IMG/VR virus record: IMGVR_UViG_3300028731_000007
Location: 6,062-70,061 of that record
DNA: 64,000 bases
Strand: one strand, 5' to 3'
DNA from: a virus
Part shown: positions 38,591 through 48,497 of the stretch, piece by piece
Layout of the letters: each line of letters begins with the position of its first letter
Numbering within the stretch: the first letter of the stretch is position 1
Notes under the pieces: model-generated
Database searches by the model: none
Told to the model about the DNA's origin: nothing
Seen by the model: only the letters and a program-made list of their open reading frames with translations
Position numbers and translations under genes: made by a program

Positions 38591-38607
38591 TATACTGCTA
38601 ATTAAAA

Positions 38608-39513
38608 CTATAAAAACTGCTGAGGTTTTGAACTTCCAGGGACATCTAAATCTGCTTTTACTTCTGACGTCCAAGGATACTCAACCCAATCTGAAAGGGC
38701 TGACGCCCAAGCTGGATCCCGAACAATGGAACACTCTATCGGACTTATTCCGTGAGCATTCAAAAATGCTAAATGCGATGAGCCATCATAATCTTGATAG
38801 CGTTTCCAATTGACGTTGTCCGTACCTGAAGTATGTGAGCAACGTCTGTCCTTAGAGCAAACGGTTCCGCAATAACCGCAGGTAAAACTATCGACTAGAG
38901 CACCCATAGAATAAGTATTAATTGTTCCATCTAAAACCTGTTGAGCAATGTCCGGATACTTATTTTTATCAATGCCTAAAAGACCCATCACTTTCCACAG
39001 TTTTCCATTCCCATAACCCTGGACTTTATTGAAAGATGCGTCAAAGATAACTCCATGTGCCGTGGAGCAGTCCTCATTGGAATGTTCCTCATGGATCGGG
39101 CAACCTACCCAGGCCTTATAAGACAATCTGTTTATTGGTGGTGGTTGAAATCTTACTAATTCGGAACGCGGAAATGCAATGCCGTTTCGATTAGGAAGAT
39201 CGGATGGACATATAATAGTCCGGACCAATATGTAGTCTTCAATACGGGGCGAAATTTTGTAGACCGGAGCACAGAAGGGTAGCCATGTTGCGTAATCCAG
39301 TTCACTAATTCGCGCCATTTCTTTTTCAGCTTCAAACGTTTCGATTGATCGCTGAAGGTTATCTACTGAGTTGGTTTCTAACGTGCGTTCTAGAGGCACA
39401 GTATCGGCTGTAACTTGATGCTGGTATTTAGCAACACTAAGCTTTTGGTGGGCACTGACACTGACACTGGCACGGGCACTCAGAAATGATTTTGGTACCT
39501 GAAGGTTAGCCAT
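38608..39513 (-). CDS. Prohead (maturation) protease with Zn-finger insertion
   Basis: PNRNG..F, PIHEEH (His), GTINTYSMG (Ser), CGYCG...CSH insertion, IECSIVRDPA (Asp) as in HK97/herpes-fold prohead proteases. Confidence 0.8.
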   Translation of the reverse strand: MANLQVPKSFLSARASVSVSAHQKLSVAKYQHQVTADTVPLERTLETNSVDNLQRSIETFEAEKEMARISELDYATWLPFCAPVYKISPRIEDYILVRTIICPSDLPNRNGIAFPRSELVRFQPPPINRLSYKAWVGCPIHEEHSNEDCSTAHGVIFDASFNKVQGYGNGKLWKVMGLLGIDKNKYPDIAQQVLDGTINTYSMGALVDSFTCGYCGTVCSKDRRCSHTSGTDNVNWKRYQDYDGSSHLAFLNAHGISPIECSIVRDPAWASALSDWVEYPWTSEVKADLDVPGSSKPQQFL

Positions 39514-39520
39514 ATAGACC

Positions 39521-39913
39521 TCAATGAGATACTACGTAGAACTCACCAGCTTCAGTCCACGTAACCCGAATACACGAGAATAAATTAATTGTTGGTTGAA
39601 CAATCGTATCTGCAGGAACCGTCAGCGTGTTAGCCCATTTAACGGAGGCCTGGACCGCTGGATCAGGATTGGCAGCTAATCCCGCGTTCTGCAAGGTGAA
39701 GTCCACGGTACAGCCACCAGTCGATTGAAAAGCGTAACCCTGAAACAATTTATTATTTGAAGTACAGGACGCGGCCGTGAAATAAGCTACGTCTCCGGCC
39801 TTGCCAACAGCGCCAACCCAACTAATAATTCCGTCAGGTTGGTTGCTGATGCCAATACCATCGGCTCCACCTTTGAAATAGGCTGACCGATTGCTAATTA
39901 CTTTGGCAACCAT
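39521..39913 (-). CDS. Hypothetical virion structural protein
   Basis: Beta-rich; AAGGA RBS; within head cluster. Confidence 0.65.
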   Translation of the reverse strand: MVAKVISNRSAYFKGGADGIGISNQPDGIISWVGAVGKAGDVAYFTAASCTSNNKLFQGYAFQSTGGCTVDFTLQNAGLAANPDPAVQASVKWANTLTVPADTIVQPTINLFSCIRVTWTEAGEFYVVSH

Positions 39914-39928
39914 GATTCATCCTTTGAC

Positions 39929-40426
39929 TTAGGGTTGTGGCGTAACTTCGGGTTCGATTGTTTGTGTTGATTGTTCTACAACCGGAATACTTTCTGTAGC
40001 TGGTGCTGCAACTTCAGTTACTGCCTCTGGCGTAGGTTCAGCAACAGTCTCAATCACTGGCGTCTGCTCTACAGCCGGTGCAACAACTTCGGTAACTACA
40101 GGTTCAGCAACGGGTGCTGAATCCGTAATAGTTGATGCCTCAACAGCAGGGACTGGAGTTACCGGCGCTGCCGCAGGAGCCTCAACTTTAGGACCAGCAA
40201 CTTGTGCACCAGCAGTAGTTTCTGCCTGCGGGTGGCCTGGAAAATCCTTGGTGATTGTCGAGGGATAAGCCAGACCATATTGAACCTGTTTCTTGGAAAG
40301 CCCAAGATGCAAATAAGCCCAGTCATAGAGTTCAAGCATATCTTTGTGCGCCAATTCCGCGCCCTCGGTAACCACGTGACCAGCCTCAGTCAATGCTGCT
40401 TTAATTTTTGAGATATTGAAACTCAT
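39929..40426 (-). CDS. Protein with N-terminal domain shared with 47617-48105 and a P/A/E/T-rich tail
   Basis: KAALTEAG...YGLAYPS; AGGAG RBS. Confidence 0.7.
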   Translation of the reverse strand: MSFNISKIKAALTEAGHVVTEGAELAHKDMLELYDWAYLHLGLSKKQVQYGLAYPSTITKDFPGHPQAETTAGAQVAGPKVEAPAAAPVTPVPAVEASTITDSAPVAEPVVTEVVAPAVEQTPVIETVAEPTPEAVTEVAAPATESIPVVEQSTQTIEPEVTPQP

Positions 40427-40470
40427 GTATAGCTCCTAGGTGAAGAATGGATTCATGAACAGCGCTACAA

Positions 40471-43400
40471 TTAAATTGTGTTGTTTTCAGTTTGGCGAAA
40501 TTTCAATTTTCGTAACTTATTGAATTCTCTGGACAGCGATTTAGCATTAGTTATGGTCATACCTAGGGCCACTATTTTACGCACGACGTCCCGCACTTCT
40601 TTTACTGAGCCGTAAAATGACATGGTGGACTCGCTCTTGTGCCATTCATAGGTTGGTCGTTTAAATCGCATAGCAGCCTTCGTACCTGCTTGGCCTACTG
40701 CCGGTAATACCAAGTAAGGTACGCCGTTCTGGATCATCGGATAAGGCTTGTAAACGTGTTTATCGTTATTCGGTTTGTGCTGCAATTGATAGAAATTCAC
40801 CGTCTTTGATTTAGATAAAGCTTTGACCACGGATTCATGGTCAGAAACTTCTTCCTCGACTAAAAGATGCAACATAGCTTGGAGGGATTCCCGCACACCG
40901 TTTTTGTAGACCGACGGATCAGGAGTCAGCCCCTTCTGACGCCAGAGTTTGAATTGATTTCTTAGGGCCGCAGCATTCTTGACCTCAGAATAATAAAAGT
41001 CAGACATGGGTCGCAAGCCACACTTAGTCAACAATTGAATTGCAGCCTGACTACTATTGGTCATCACGTAGTCAATGCCCAAGAAGCCATTGGCAACCAC
41101 GAATTCTAGGCGAATAGTGGTGTCGGCTTTACGCTGGCGCTCACGGACTTTGTACTCGCGAACTTTGATCTTGGTCTCTTGCTTCTTAATTTTTGCTGCT
41201 AATCCTTTGGAAGGCTTCCAAGATGTAGCCAAGGTGTTAATCGAACGAGTGACAGGAAAATCGCCAACTAAAGTCAATAATTGTTCTCTAGTGTCGTGGG
41301 CCACTGAATCAGGAGCAAGCAAGAACACTTGAGACTTGTGGGTCTGCACGGAATAGCTGTTGAGCAGATCAATCGTAATCAGCGCATTGTTAGGAGCACA
41401 TTTCGAAATATAGCCGTTGCCATATTCCGTGTGGACTAGTCTGTGTTTGAGTTCCTGTGCTTTCTGTTTGCGTTCAATCGAGACCTGATCGCTACCCGAG
41501 TCATCAGAGAATTCATTCTCGTCATCGTCATCGGAGTCTGAGTCAATATTGGTATTCAGATTGAGGAATTCGTCAATACGAATAAGACCTAGAGCTTCGG
41601 CCCCAAACAAATTCATCCCCGGAGTATAGACCGTGCTAGTCAGTAACTTGGTATCTGCGGGTGCCTCAGCAACAGGAATTAATTCTAGAGCTGGGGCCTT
41701 GCCATACTTAGCGATGTAGTCCTCTTTGTACTGACGGTAGTCCTCATCACGTACCTTCACATAAACAGCTTGTGCCTTTGCATAGTCCAATAGTCCTGGA
41801 TTATCTGGGCCTAGGGCCACCCAACTATTGAACTCGATAATTGAGTCAATAGTCATGCTGATAGTTGGTACATCAGGAATAGTGGAATACTCAGCGTTGT
41901 CCGCGTTCTCAAACTTAGCAGCTGCAATTACCTTCGAAATTAAGCGTGCGCTTTTCGTGATGTCAATCGTGCGATCAGCAACCACAGTGTCAAAGAAGAT
42001 TTCTTTGCGGAATTCTTCTTTCTTGAGTTCCGGTCTATCGATACGAGAATTACCTTGTTCCAATGTACCTGGGTTCCACGGACTTTCACATCTGATCAAT
42101 CGGTCTGAATGCTGAAAATTGAGACCTTCATTCATGGACGCCTCTACACCCGCCATCCATCGAATGGTCTTAATCTTTTCGTACTTAGCGCCATCCTCGA
42201 TCTTACGATGAGCCTTATATAGTATTCCGCACTCTTTTAATTCTGGGCCTGCCAGTTCATAGATTTCTTCAGCAGAAATAATGTTGTTGGTGAAGATCAG
42301 GACCTTGCCGGGAAAAGGTCCGTATTGGACTTTCTCGCCAGTATCAGGGTCCGTAATTAAGCCACCGAAAATATGCAAGCGTACACGTTCAAGAATAGCT
42401 AGAACCTTAGGGCTAATTGCATCTTCACCCTGTAGTTGATCAGGTGCGATCTTTCCCGGCGCAATGATGAATTGTTCTAGAGTTGCTAGATAAGGCATGA
42501 TCGCAGTCTCTGTCAACTCACCTGAGTCTTCGTCTACTGGATTATCGTAGTCAAAGTCCTCAGGTGCCTCGCCCTCGACGTCTTGGGCAAAGAATTTACG
42601 CAAGGCCAGCGCCTTTTTCCTTGAACCCTTGATCGAGTCCTCTTGCATTTTCTTTAGTGCGCCAGCCAGCAAATCGTTGTATACGCTCTGCTGATTAGGT
42701 GTCAGAGTCACACCACCAATCCATTCGCGCTTGGACGGCAATAATGCAGCCCACTCCTTGCGCATAGCCCTGGCCTCTACAATCCGGGATCTGATTTTAA
42801 GCATGATCTGGACCTGGGCACCAGGCTTCCATTCAACTACACGGTCACTTTTGACGATCAAGCCATAAGTATTATTGAAGTTCTCACGTGATCCAAAAAG
42901 CGTTGGGTCCAGAGCCATAATTTGGAGGGCTAAATCCGATGGCGAATCGTGAACCATGGTTCCGGACGCCAGTCGTTTCTTTGGAATGTCTGTGATCAAC
43001 ATCATGGCTGCACGTGTACGCGCCGTATTATTCTTGACGCGATGGGCCTCGTCTAAGGCTGAATAACCGAAGTCGAATTGACGCAAGAAATCAATGACAG
43101 GAAATACCTGGATCGGGGTCGTTCCGTAATTAATTATTCGATTGAAACCCTTGGGCACGTAGCTCAGGGTGTCATAGGCAACAAACACCACGGTGTTACG
43201 TGGTGCCTGCTCAAACAGGGTCTGCAGACGTGCGAATCCCAACTGGCGTATGGCAGAATTGGTGATAGCCAATACGTTCAGTTGTCCGTTAGTAAAGTAC
43301 GCAACTTCTTTTACGTAGTTCGATACCAAATGACCTGGGCACAAAACAATGTAAGGATCATTTGAATTTTCTTTAATTTCGTACAATATGTCGGTGATAA

Positions 43401-45129
43401 GAAGTAAACTTTTTCCACCCCCTGCTTGTACGGGTAGAATTGCTAGGTCAGGACTGTCCTTCAGTAAATTGCGTACTTTCTTTTGATGCGGCAAGAACCC
43501 AATATTCGGAGCCAGCAACGGAATAGCTGGAATTTCCCAATCAGGATCAACACCCTGATTAATTGCTGCATACCGATTGGCCTCATCATTGGTGCGTACC
43601 CATTCCATCCGTGATGCATATTTAGCAATCAGGGTTAGCCAGGGCAGCATTTCAGTAACAGAGGCTACACTCCATTTCGTGTACACGGCCTCCAGGTTTT
43701 CATTGATAGCTGTTTCAAGGATAGCGAAATACCGGGCCAATGATCTGAATGGCCCGAAACCTGTTTCGCTTATTTCGGAAAACTTAATTGATGATCGATC
43801 TTCATATCTTTGATGAAGTACCACAGATGCTTTAAACCAGTCTTGTGGACCGGCCGCACTATCAAATGTATGTTGAAGCTGCGGCTCTAGGGCTAGGCCC
43901 TCAAAATCCGAATCTTGAATGCATGAACGAAAGAAATTGGGATCAATGCCTGCGCTCTTGCCCATGCGAGCAAACCAGTCTACTTTTTCTGACGTAATAA
44001 ACCGGTTGTCCAACAGTTCACGGATGTGCGAAATATCTGCCTTGCGATGACGTGTTAGGTCCTCAACATGCAAGTTTCCCTGAGTGTTGGTGTACGAAAA
44101 TTTGTTGTTCACCCAGTCAAGGGCCACCACCATGTTATGTGGGAGTTGCGTCCTAGCGTCAGTTTGTGAGCCTAATTCTAGGTTAGCTGAGGCTAGAGTA
44201 GATAAAGCAAAACAATCGTTGTGAGTCCCGGCCTGTGCATAGCGATCTTCATAAACAATTGCGTTATTTCGATCTACTGTTAGAGGAATAAATTCGGGTT
44301 CGCCAACAGGTGAAATAGAAATATTGTACTTATTTGTACGAGCGGATTCAACGTGATCTGGAGGCAAGCCAAACACGATTTTCGAAATCGGAAACGAAGC
44401 AGTGCTAGGCAGTCCTCGTTCGCCAAAGCCTGAACCTACCCAGTGCAGAATCAATGGATAGATATCGATGTCACGAATCTGAGACCACTCGGTGGTCGTT
44501 AGTTGTTCGGCCTCGTCCTTAGCTATTTTGAAGTCCGCAAAAATGATGTACAGATGTCCTCTAACTTGGACTTTTAATTCTAAGAAGCAATTGAGCAACG
44601 CCTGTTTAGTTGTGGCCTTGATGTCTTTCAGGTTAGCGATAACAGTAGCTGCCGGGACACTTCTTGTGGACACAAAAGAAAGGGATTCGTCACCCAAAAG
44701 TTCAGCAAATTCTTTGTACTCTTGAACCTGCTGCATGTTGGCTTCTGGACCATGCGTTTTCTCACCCAGAAACCAGTCTTTCAAGAAGGCTAATGGCGCA
44801 CCCCACGTGTCCTTGCTAAAAGATGCCAGCGGCAATGACACCTCGTAATGAGGAATATGTGCATCGTCTACTTTGTTGATTGATAAATAGGTCTTCGGAT
44901 TTATTTTTCTTAATTTTTCGGCCAACAATCGACTGGAGCCACGGCGTGGGTCTGCAACAATCGAAGGAAAGAAGGTTGACGCCCACAAAGTAGTCAGAAA
45001 GAAAGACGGACTCCCACTGTATTTTTCTGTGTAGAAATGCATGAAGCGCTCACCCATAAGACGTCGGTTGAGCTTCAGGTGCTGAGGTACCACCAAATTC
45101 GATTTGGGCCTTAGCTTGTCTTTTAGCAT
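40471..45129 (-). CDS. Large SNF2-family helicase-like protein (1552 aa)
   Basis: PHQ Q-motif, QAGGGKS, DEAHRVKN, SGT, EGLNFQ, PWNPGTLEQGNSRIDR; long unrecognised N- and C-terminal regions; start uncertain. Confidence 0.85.
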   Translation of the reverse strand: MLKDKLRPKSNLVVPQHLKLNRRLMGERFMHFYTEKYSGSPSFFLTTLWASTFFPSIVADPRRGSSRLLAEKLRKINPKTYLSINKVDDAHIPHYEVSLPLASFSKDTWGAPLAFLKDWFLGEKTHGPEANMQQVQEYKEFAELLGDESLSFVSTRSVPAATVIANLKDIKATTKQALLNCFLELKVQVRGHLYIIFADFKIAKDEAEQLTTTEWSQIRDIDIYPLILHWVGSGFGERGLPSTASFPISKIVFGLPPDHVESARTNKYNISISPVGEPEFIPLTVDRNNAIVYEDRYAQAGTHNDCFALSTLASANLELGSQTDARTQLPHNMVVALDWVNNKFSYTNTQGNLHVEDLTRHRKADISHIRELLDNRFITSEKVDWFARMGKSAGIDPNFFRSCIQDSDFEGLALEPQLQHTFDSAAGPQDWFKASVVLHQRYEDRSSIKFSEISETGFGPFRSLARYFAILETAINENLEAVYTKWSVASVTEMLPWLTLIAKYASRMEWVRTNDEANRYAAINQGVDPDWEIPAIPLLAPNIGFLPHQKKVRNLLKDSPDLAILPVQAGGGKSLLLITDILYEIKENSNDPYIVLCPGHLVSNYVKEVAYFTNGQLNVLAITNSAIRQLGFARLQTLFEQAPRNTVVFVAYDTLSYVPKGFNRIINYGTTPIQVFPVIDFLRQFDFGYSALDEAHRVKNNTARTRAAMMLITDIPKKRLASGTMVHDSPSDLALQIMALDPTLFGSRENFNNTYGLIVKSDRVVEWKPGAQVQIMLKIRSRIVEARAMRKEWAALLPSKREWIGGVTLTPNQQSVYNDLLAGALKKMQEDSIKGSRKKALALRKFFAQDVEGEAPEDFDYDNPVDEDSGELTETAIMPYLATLEQFIIAPGKIAPDQLQGEDAISPKVLAILERVRLHIFGGLITDPDTGEKVQYGPFPGKVLIFTNNIISAEEIYELAGPELKECGILYKAHRKIEDGAKYEKIKTIRWMAGVEASMNEGLNFQHSDRLIRCESPWNPGTLEQGNSRIDRPELKKEEFRKEIFFDTVVADRTIDITKSARLISKVIAAAKFENADNAEYSTIPDVPTISMTIDSIIEFNSWVALGPDNPGLLDYAKAQAVYVKVRDEDYRQYKEDYIAKYGKAPALELIPVAEAPADTKLLTSTVYTPGMNLFGAEALGLIRIDEFLNLNTNIDSDSDDDDENEFSDDSGSDQVSIERKQKAQELKHRLVHTEYGNGYISKCAPNNALITIDLLNSYSVQTHKSQVFLLAPDSVAHDTREQLLTLVGDFPVTRSINTLATSWKPSKGLAAKIKKQETKIKVREYKVRERQRKADTTIRLEFVVANGFLGIDYVMTNSSQAAIQLLTKCGLRPMSDFYYSEVKNAAALRNQFKLWRQKGLTPDPSVYKNGVRESLQAMLHLLVEEEVSDHESVVKALSKSKTVNFYQLQHKPNNDKHVYKPYPMIQNGVPYLVLPAVGQAGTKAAMRFKRPTYEWHKSESTMSFYGSVKEVRDVVRKIVALGMTITNAKSLSREFNKLRKLKFRQTENNTI

Positions 45130-45167
45130 AAGTTTCCGTAAAAATTAGGGTAAGACATGGACTTAAT

Positions 45168-45195
45168 ATTGTACATCAATTCTCAAAGCTATCAA
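45168..45195 (-). promoter_or_regulatory. Possible sigma70-type promoter upstream of the SNF2-like gene
   Basis: TTGATA-N16-TACAAT on the minus strand, just after a terminator. Confidence 0.4.
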
Positions 45196-45221
45196 TCCTG
45201 ATTGCAAAATCTGATCAGCAA

Positions 45222-45256
45222 ATAGAAAAGAGCCCACCTTATTAGGGATGGGCTCT
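45222..45256 (-). terminator. Intrinsic terminator
   Basis: AGAGCCCA...TGGGCTCT followed by TTTCTATTT on the minus strand. Confidence 0.75.
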
Positions 45257-45282
45257 GGACTGACAAATGAAAGGGCCTACTC

Positions 45283-45657
45283 TTATTTACTAACGCTCGT
45301 AGTATCCGGCGAACTTGAAACGATAGTTGTTTCAGACACGGCGCTAGGCACCGTAACTACAGTTGAGGAAACAATAGAGCCGGAACTTGTGGAACCGGAA
45401 CCAGAAGCTGACGCACTCGCAGCACTGGTCTCAGTCTTAGCTGCTTCTTTCTTGACCGCCGATGCAACGTCTAAAGCTACTTTCTGCACGTCCGTGTCGA
45501 TGGTGGTCAGGAAGTGACCTAGCAGGGTTGGATTGGTACGCAACAAATAGCGGTAGACCAAGACACCTAGGACTAAACCAATCAAAAGAAAGGGCACGTC
45601 AACAGCCAGGCGTACAGCGGTTTCAACCGCACTCACAATAGTGGTGACATCATTCAT
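45283..45657 (-). CDS. Membrane protein with S/T-rich C-terminal tail
   Basis: One hydrophobic helix PFLLIGLVLGVLVY; AAGGA RBS. Confidence 0.7.
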   Translation of the reverse strand: MNDVTTIVSAVETAVRLAVDVPFLLIGLVLGVLVYRYLLRTNPTLLGHFLTTIDTDVQKVALDVASAVKKEAAKTETSAASASASGSGSTSSGSIVSSTVVTVPSAVSETTIVSSSPDTTSVSK

Positions 45658-45670
45658 TTCTTTTTTCCTT

Positions 45671-46402
45671 TTAAATAAGACGGCGTAGGGTCTTCAACGG
45701 TCGTGCTGACATCATGACTGGACGCCATAAAATATCCAACACGAATTTCTCAATTTCTGCCTTTGACGGCAATTGATTGGTAGGCAAATCAGGGAAAATA
45801 GGACACACAATTTCGTAACCTAGATGCCAACGTTGATCCATTGATCTGGAATAGTCGTTGTACGCAAATAGTGTAAGTCCGTCCATCAATTGACGCCTGT
45901 AATGTCCGTTAAGCGTGTCTAACTGGAATTTAGGGTAGGGTGTGCGCTTCAACCATTCAACAAACGTTGGATCCTTTACGTTGACATCAGCATTAACTGT
46001 TAGCACGAATCCTTTGTCAGTTACTTTGACCTCTCTGGTAGTCGACTTGATAAATAGGTTACCAAACAAATCGGTTAGATTCACGAACTTGACGAAGGCC
46101 CGACGACGCTCAGTCAAATACGTTGAAATCTGATCATTGCGTGACTGGCTAACGTTCTGGAACGGAAACAAATCATGAACCATACACAGATCAACGTATC
46201 TGCGAATAGCTACAGACCAGTCAAGAATCGAATTGTTTGTGACCTCCGATTCAGTAACTGCCTGAGCCCAGGCCAATCGATTGTTCTGATTAAAAGCCAA
46301 CGGAAATCCTTCAATCGTTGGCTTCCGTGCTTGCTGCAGAACGGGAATTCCCAAGTTACTGAGAAATGGATGCTGCGTCTGTTCCTCACGTTCACGACTC
46401 AT
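45671..46402 (-). CDS. Hypothetical protein
   Basis: 243-aa ORF in operon. Confidence 0.75.
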   Translation of the reverse strand: MSREREEQTQHPFLSNLGIPVLQQARKPTIEGFPLAFNQNNRLAWAQAVTESEVTNNSILDWSVAIRRYVDLCMVHDLFPFQNVSQSRNDQISTYLTERRRAFVKFVNLTDLFGNLFIKSTTREVKVTDKGFVLTVNADVNVKDPTFVEWLKRTPYPKFQLDTLNGHYRRQLMDGLTLFAYNDYSRSMDQRWHLGYEIVCPIFPDLPTNQLPSKAEIEKFVLDILWRPVMMSARPLKTLRRLI

Positions 46403-46404
46403 GA

Positions 46405-46878
46405 TTAACCCGCACTTTCAGTCAGACGTAAAGCGGCTTTGAGTTGCATGGGTGCAACGCCGTCACTAATCATTGCATCTTTGTCACCGTCAATTCCGGT
46501 CCCCACATCGTTGATGCCAACACCGTCATTTAATGTTGAATCCTGCAATGCTTGCTGGCTAGTAGTTCCCGCTGGTGCCCCGTCATTTAACACCAAGTCT
46601 TCAACGCTAGTTGTGTTCGGATCGTACTCGCCGTCCAGCACTTCTTCGCTCTCTGTCTGGGGTGGTTGAACTATTTCAGCCACTACTTCTTGTTCAATTT
46701 CGTTGGTGTCGGCCAACATGGCATAAGCAATTGATTCTAAACTTTCATGATCAACACCAACGGACTCAGCCAGCGCGTGGAACTGAGCATCAGACGGTTC
46801 AGGATTGATCTGAAGAAACAAAGCAATTAGGCTTACAAGTTTTTGATTATCCATGACAGGTTTCTCTCTATAGGGCAC
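46405..46878 (-). CDS. Acidic hypothetical protein with C-terminal AAxRL motif
   Basis: ...MQLKAALRLTESAG*; start may be 46854. Confidence 0.7.
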   Translation of the reverse strand: MPYREKPVMDNQKLVSLIALFLQINPEPSDAQFHALAESVGVDHESLESIAYAMLADTNEIEQEVVAEIVQPPQTESEEVLDGEYDPNTTSVEDLVLNDGAPAGTTSQQALQDSTLNDGVGINDVGTGIDGDKDAMISDGVAPMQLKAALRLTESAG

Positions 46879-47248
46879 GCAATTGGGACAGGACTTCGTC
46901 TAGTCCAGGTACCTTTTTATTTACTTCCGTTGCTGCTTTTCCGATTGAAGCCAGTAAGCTTTGATCATCCGAGCCTTCGGCCTTTAATTCGTACTTGTAT
47001 TTAGAGGCCTTGAAATAAAAGTTTAAGTCCTCATCAACCGTACTGAAGTTCAAGACCGCTTGATACTCGGAAGTGCGCCAGATCAAAGACTGGTTGGTAG
47101 ACGATCTATCATCCAGCAGAAAATGAATGCCTAGAATTCTTTTTAGAATGGTCAGCACGTTTTCCACGTCCTCGGGACCTGCCTCTATGTTGGTGCCTTT
47201 CTCATCGGCGTCTGCCAATAGGCGTAGGGCTGCTGTGATCATGGTCAT
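46868..47248 (-). CDS. Hypothetical protein with N-terminal AAxRL motif
   Basis: MTMITAALRLLAD. Confidence 0.7.
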   Translation of the reverse strand: MTMITAALRLLADADEKGTNIEAGPEDVENVLTILKRILGIHFLLDDRSSTNQSLIWRTSEYQAVLNFSTVDEDLNFYFKASKYKYELKAEGSDDQSLLASIGKAATEVNKKVPGLDEVLSQLRAL

Positions 47249-47276
47249 AATTACCTTTTCAGAAGCTAATGTTGGT

Positions 47277-47603
47277 TCATCTTTTCTTTAATTGTGCTGC
47301 TCTAACTAAATGTGGGTGCCTACGGTCGTGACAGGCCTGGCACAAAAGAATTAAGTTAGATAAATTATTGGTGCCACCAGCGTTTAACGGCTGTATGTGG
47401 TGAACCTCAGATCCAGGCTTTAAACAACGGGTGCCCCTAATTAAGGCCTGGCACACACCTTTATCCCTAGCATAGGCCTTGGCTCTGAGTTCCCACCAAG
47501 AATTGTTCTGGGTGAACCCATTGACCGTCGAATAACTGTCTCTTTTTATGCTGGCTACGCCATGCACATTTCGGGCTCTTGGTCGTGATCTGCGCGCCAG
47601 CAT
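47277..47603 (-). CDS. HNH endonuclease
   Basis: RDKGVCQ...C...EVHHIQP...GGTNNLSNL..LCQACH..RH. Confidence 0.9.
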   Translation of the reverse strand: MLARRSRPRARNVHGVASIKRDSYSTVNGFTQNNSWWELRAKAYARDKGVCQALIRGTRCLKPGSEVHHIQPLNAGGTNNLSNLILLCQACHDRRHPHLVRAAQLKKR

Positions 47604-47616
47604 AATTAATTCCTAT

Positions 47617-48105
47617 TTACGATAGAATAGCCGGAGCCGTAGCGGAAATTGCGGGCACCTGGTTACCGCCAACAGTCGGGACCACCGAAGCTGTAAACGT
47701 ACCGGCCGCACTATAGGTATAAGTCAGGTGAGGTACTGTGGTAACCTGCGGGGATGAACCGTCACCCAGGTGCCAAGAATACGAAGTACCTGTAGCTCCG
47801 GTCTCGGTCAGGGTCCATGTAACAGGTGTAGATGCATGGGCACCAGTCAATGGAGTACCGGCCAACGTTGCATGATAGTCATCGATCTCTACAGCGTCCA
47901 ACACGGATACAGGCATGATCGATGGATAAGCAAACCCGTAATTAGTTTGATACTTGCTGTATGCAACACCACCTTTGTAGGTAGCAGCTGCAGCGAACTT
48001 ATCGTAGGATGCTTGGTCAATTCCTTCCCAATTGGAGCCAGCGCTGGTTGGTAGTCCAGCAGCAACCAAGGCCGCTTTAGCATTCGTGTAATTTACAGTA
48101 GTCAT
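47617..48105 (-). CDS. PKD-domain protein, putative surface decoration
   Basis: C-terminal YSWHLGDGS...YTYSAAGTF PKD motif; N-terminus paralogous to 39929; ATG 48105. Confidence 0.75.
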   Translation of the reverse strand: MTTVNYTNAKAALVAAGLPTSAGSNWEGIDQASYDKFAAAATYKGGVAYSKYQTNYGFAYPSIMPVSVLDAVEIDDYHATLAGTPLTGAHASTPVTWTLTETGATGTSYSWHLGDGSSPQVTTVPHLTYTYSAAGTFTASVVPTVGGNQVPAISATAPAILS

Positions 48106-48113
48106 TGTTAGCC

Positions 48114-48461
48114 TCAAATGGAAAAGAAAATTCTTAACGCTACCTGCACGCGCTGCAAGCATACGCCGTCGTTACCCTTAACCGCGAACGAAACCCTTTT
48201 GAATATTCCAGGGCTTGCATTCATGGCGTACTTTAAACGGTTCAAAACTTCAACAGAGGCTTCGGCCTCACGTCCAACATCCTCTGGATTGCTCTTGTGG
48301 AACATCAAATGTGGGTGTACGAATTTATAAATTAAGCCGTGCTTGCGCAACTCGGCCTGTATTTTACGAAGCTCATCACCTTTACCTTCGTGAATTTGAG
48401 CCTCTACTTTTTGTTCTTCATCTTCTATAGCTTTCAGTCTCTGAGCTGCATGCACGTACAT
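48114..48461 (-). CDS. Hypothetical protein with N-terminal AAxRL motif
   Basis: MYVHAAQRLKA. Confidence 0.7.
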   Translation of the reverse strand: MYVHAAQRLKAIEDEEQKVEAQIHEGKGDELRKIQAELRKHGLIYKFVHPHLMFHKSNPEDVGREAEASVEVLNRLKYAMNASPGIFKRVSFAVKGNDGVCLQRVQVALRIFFSI

Positions 48462-48497
48462 TAATTATCCTTATAGTTCAAAACTGACTCATAAATT

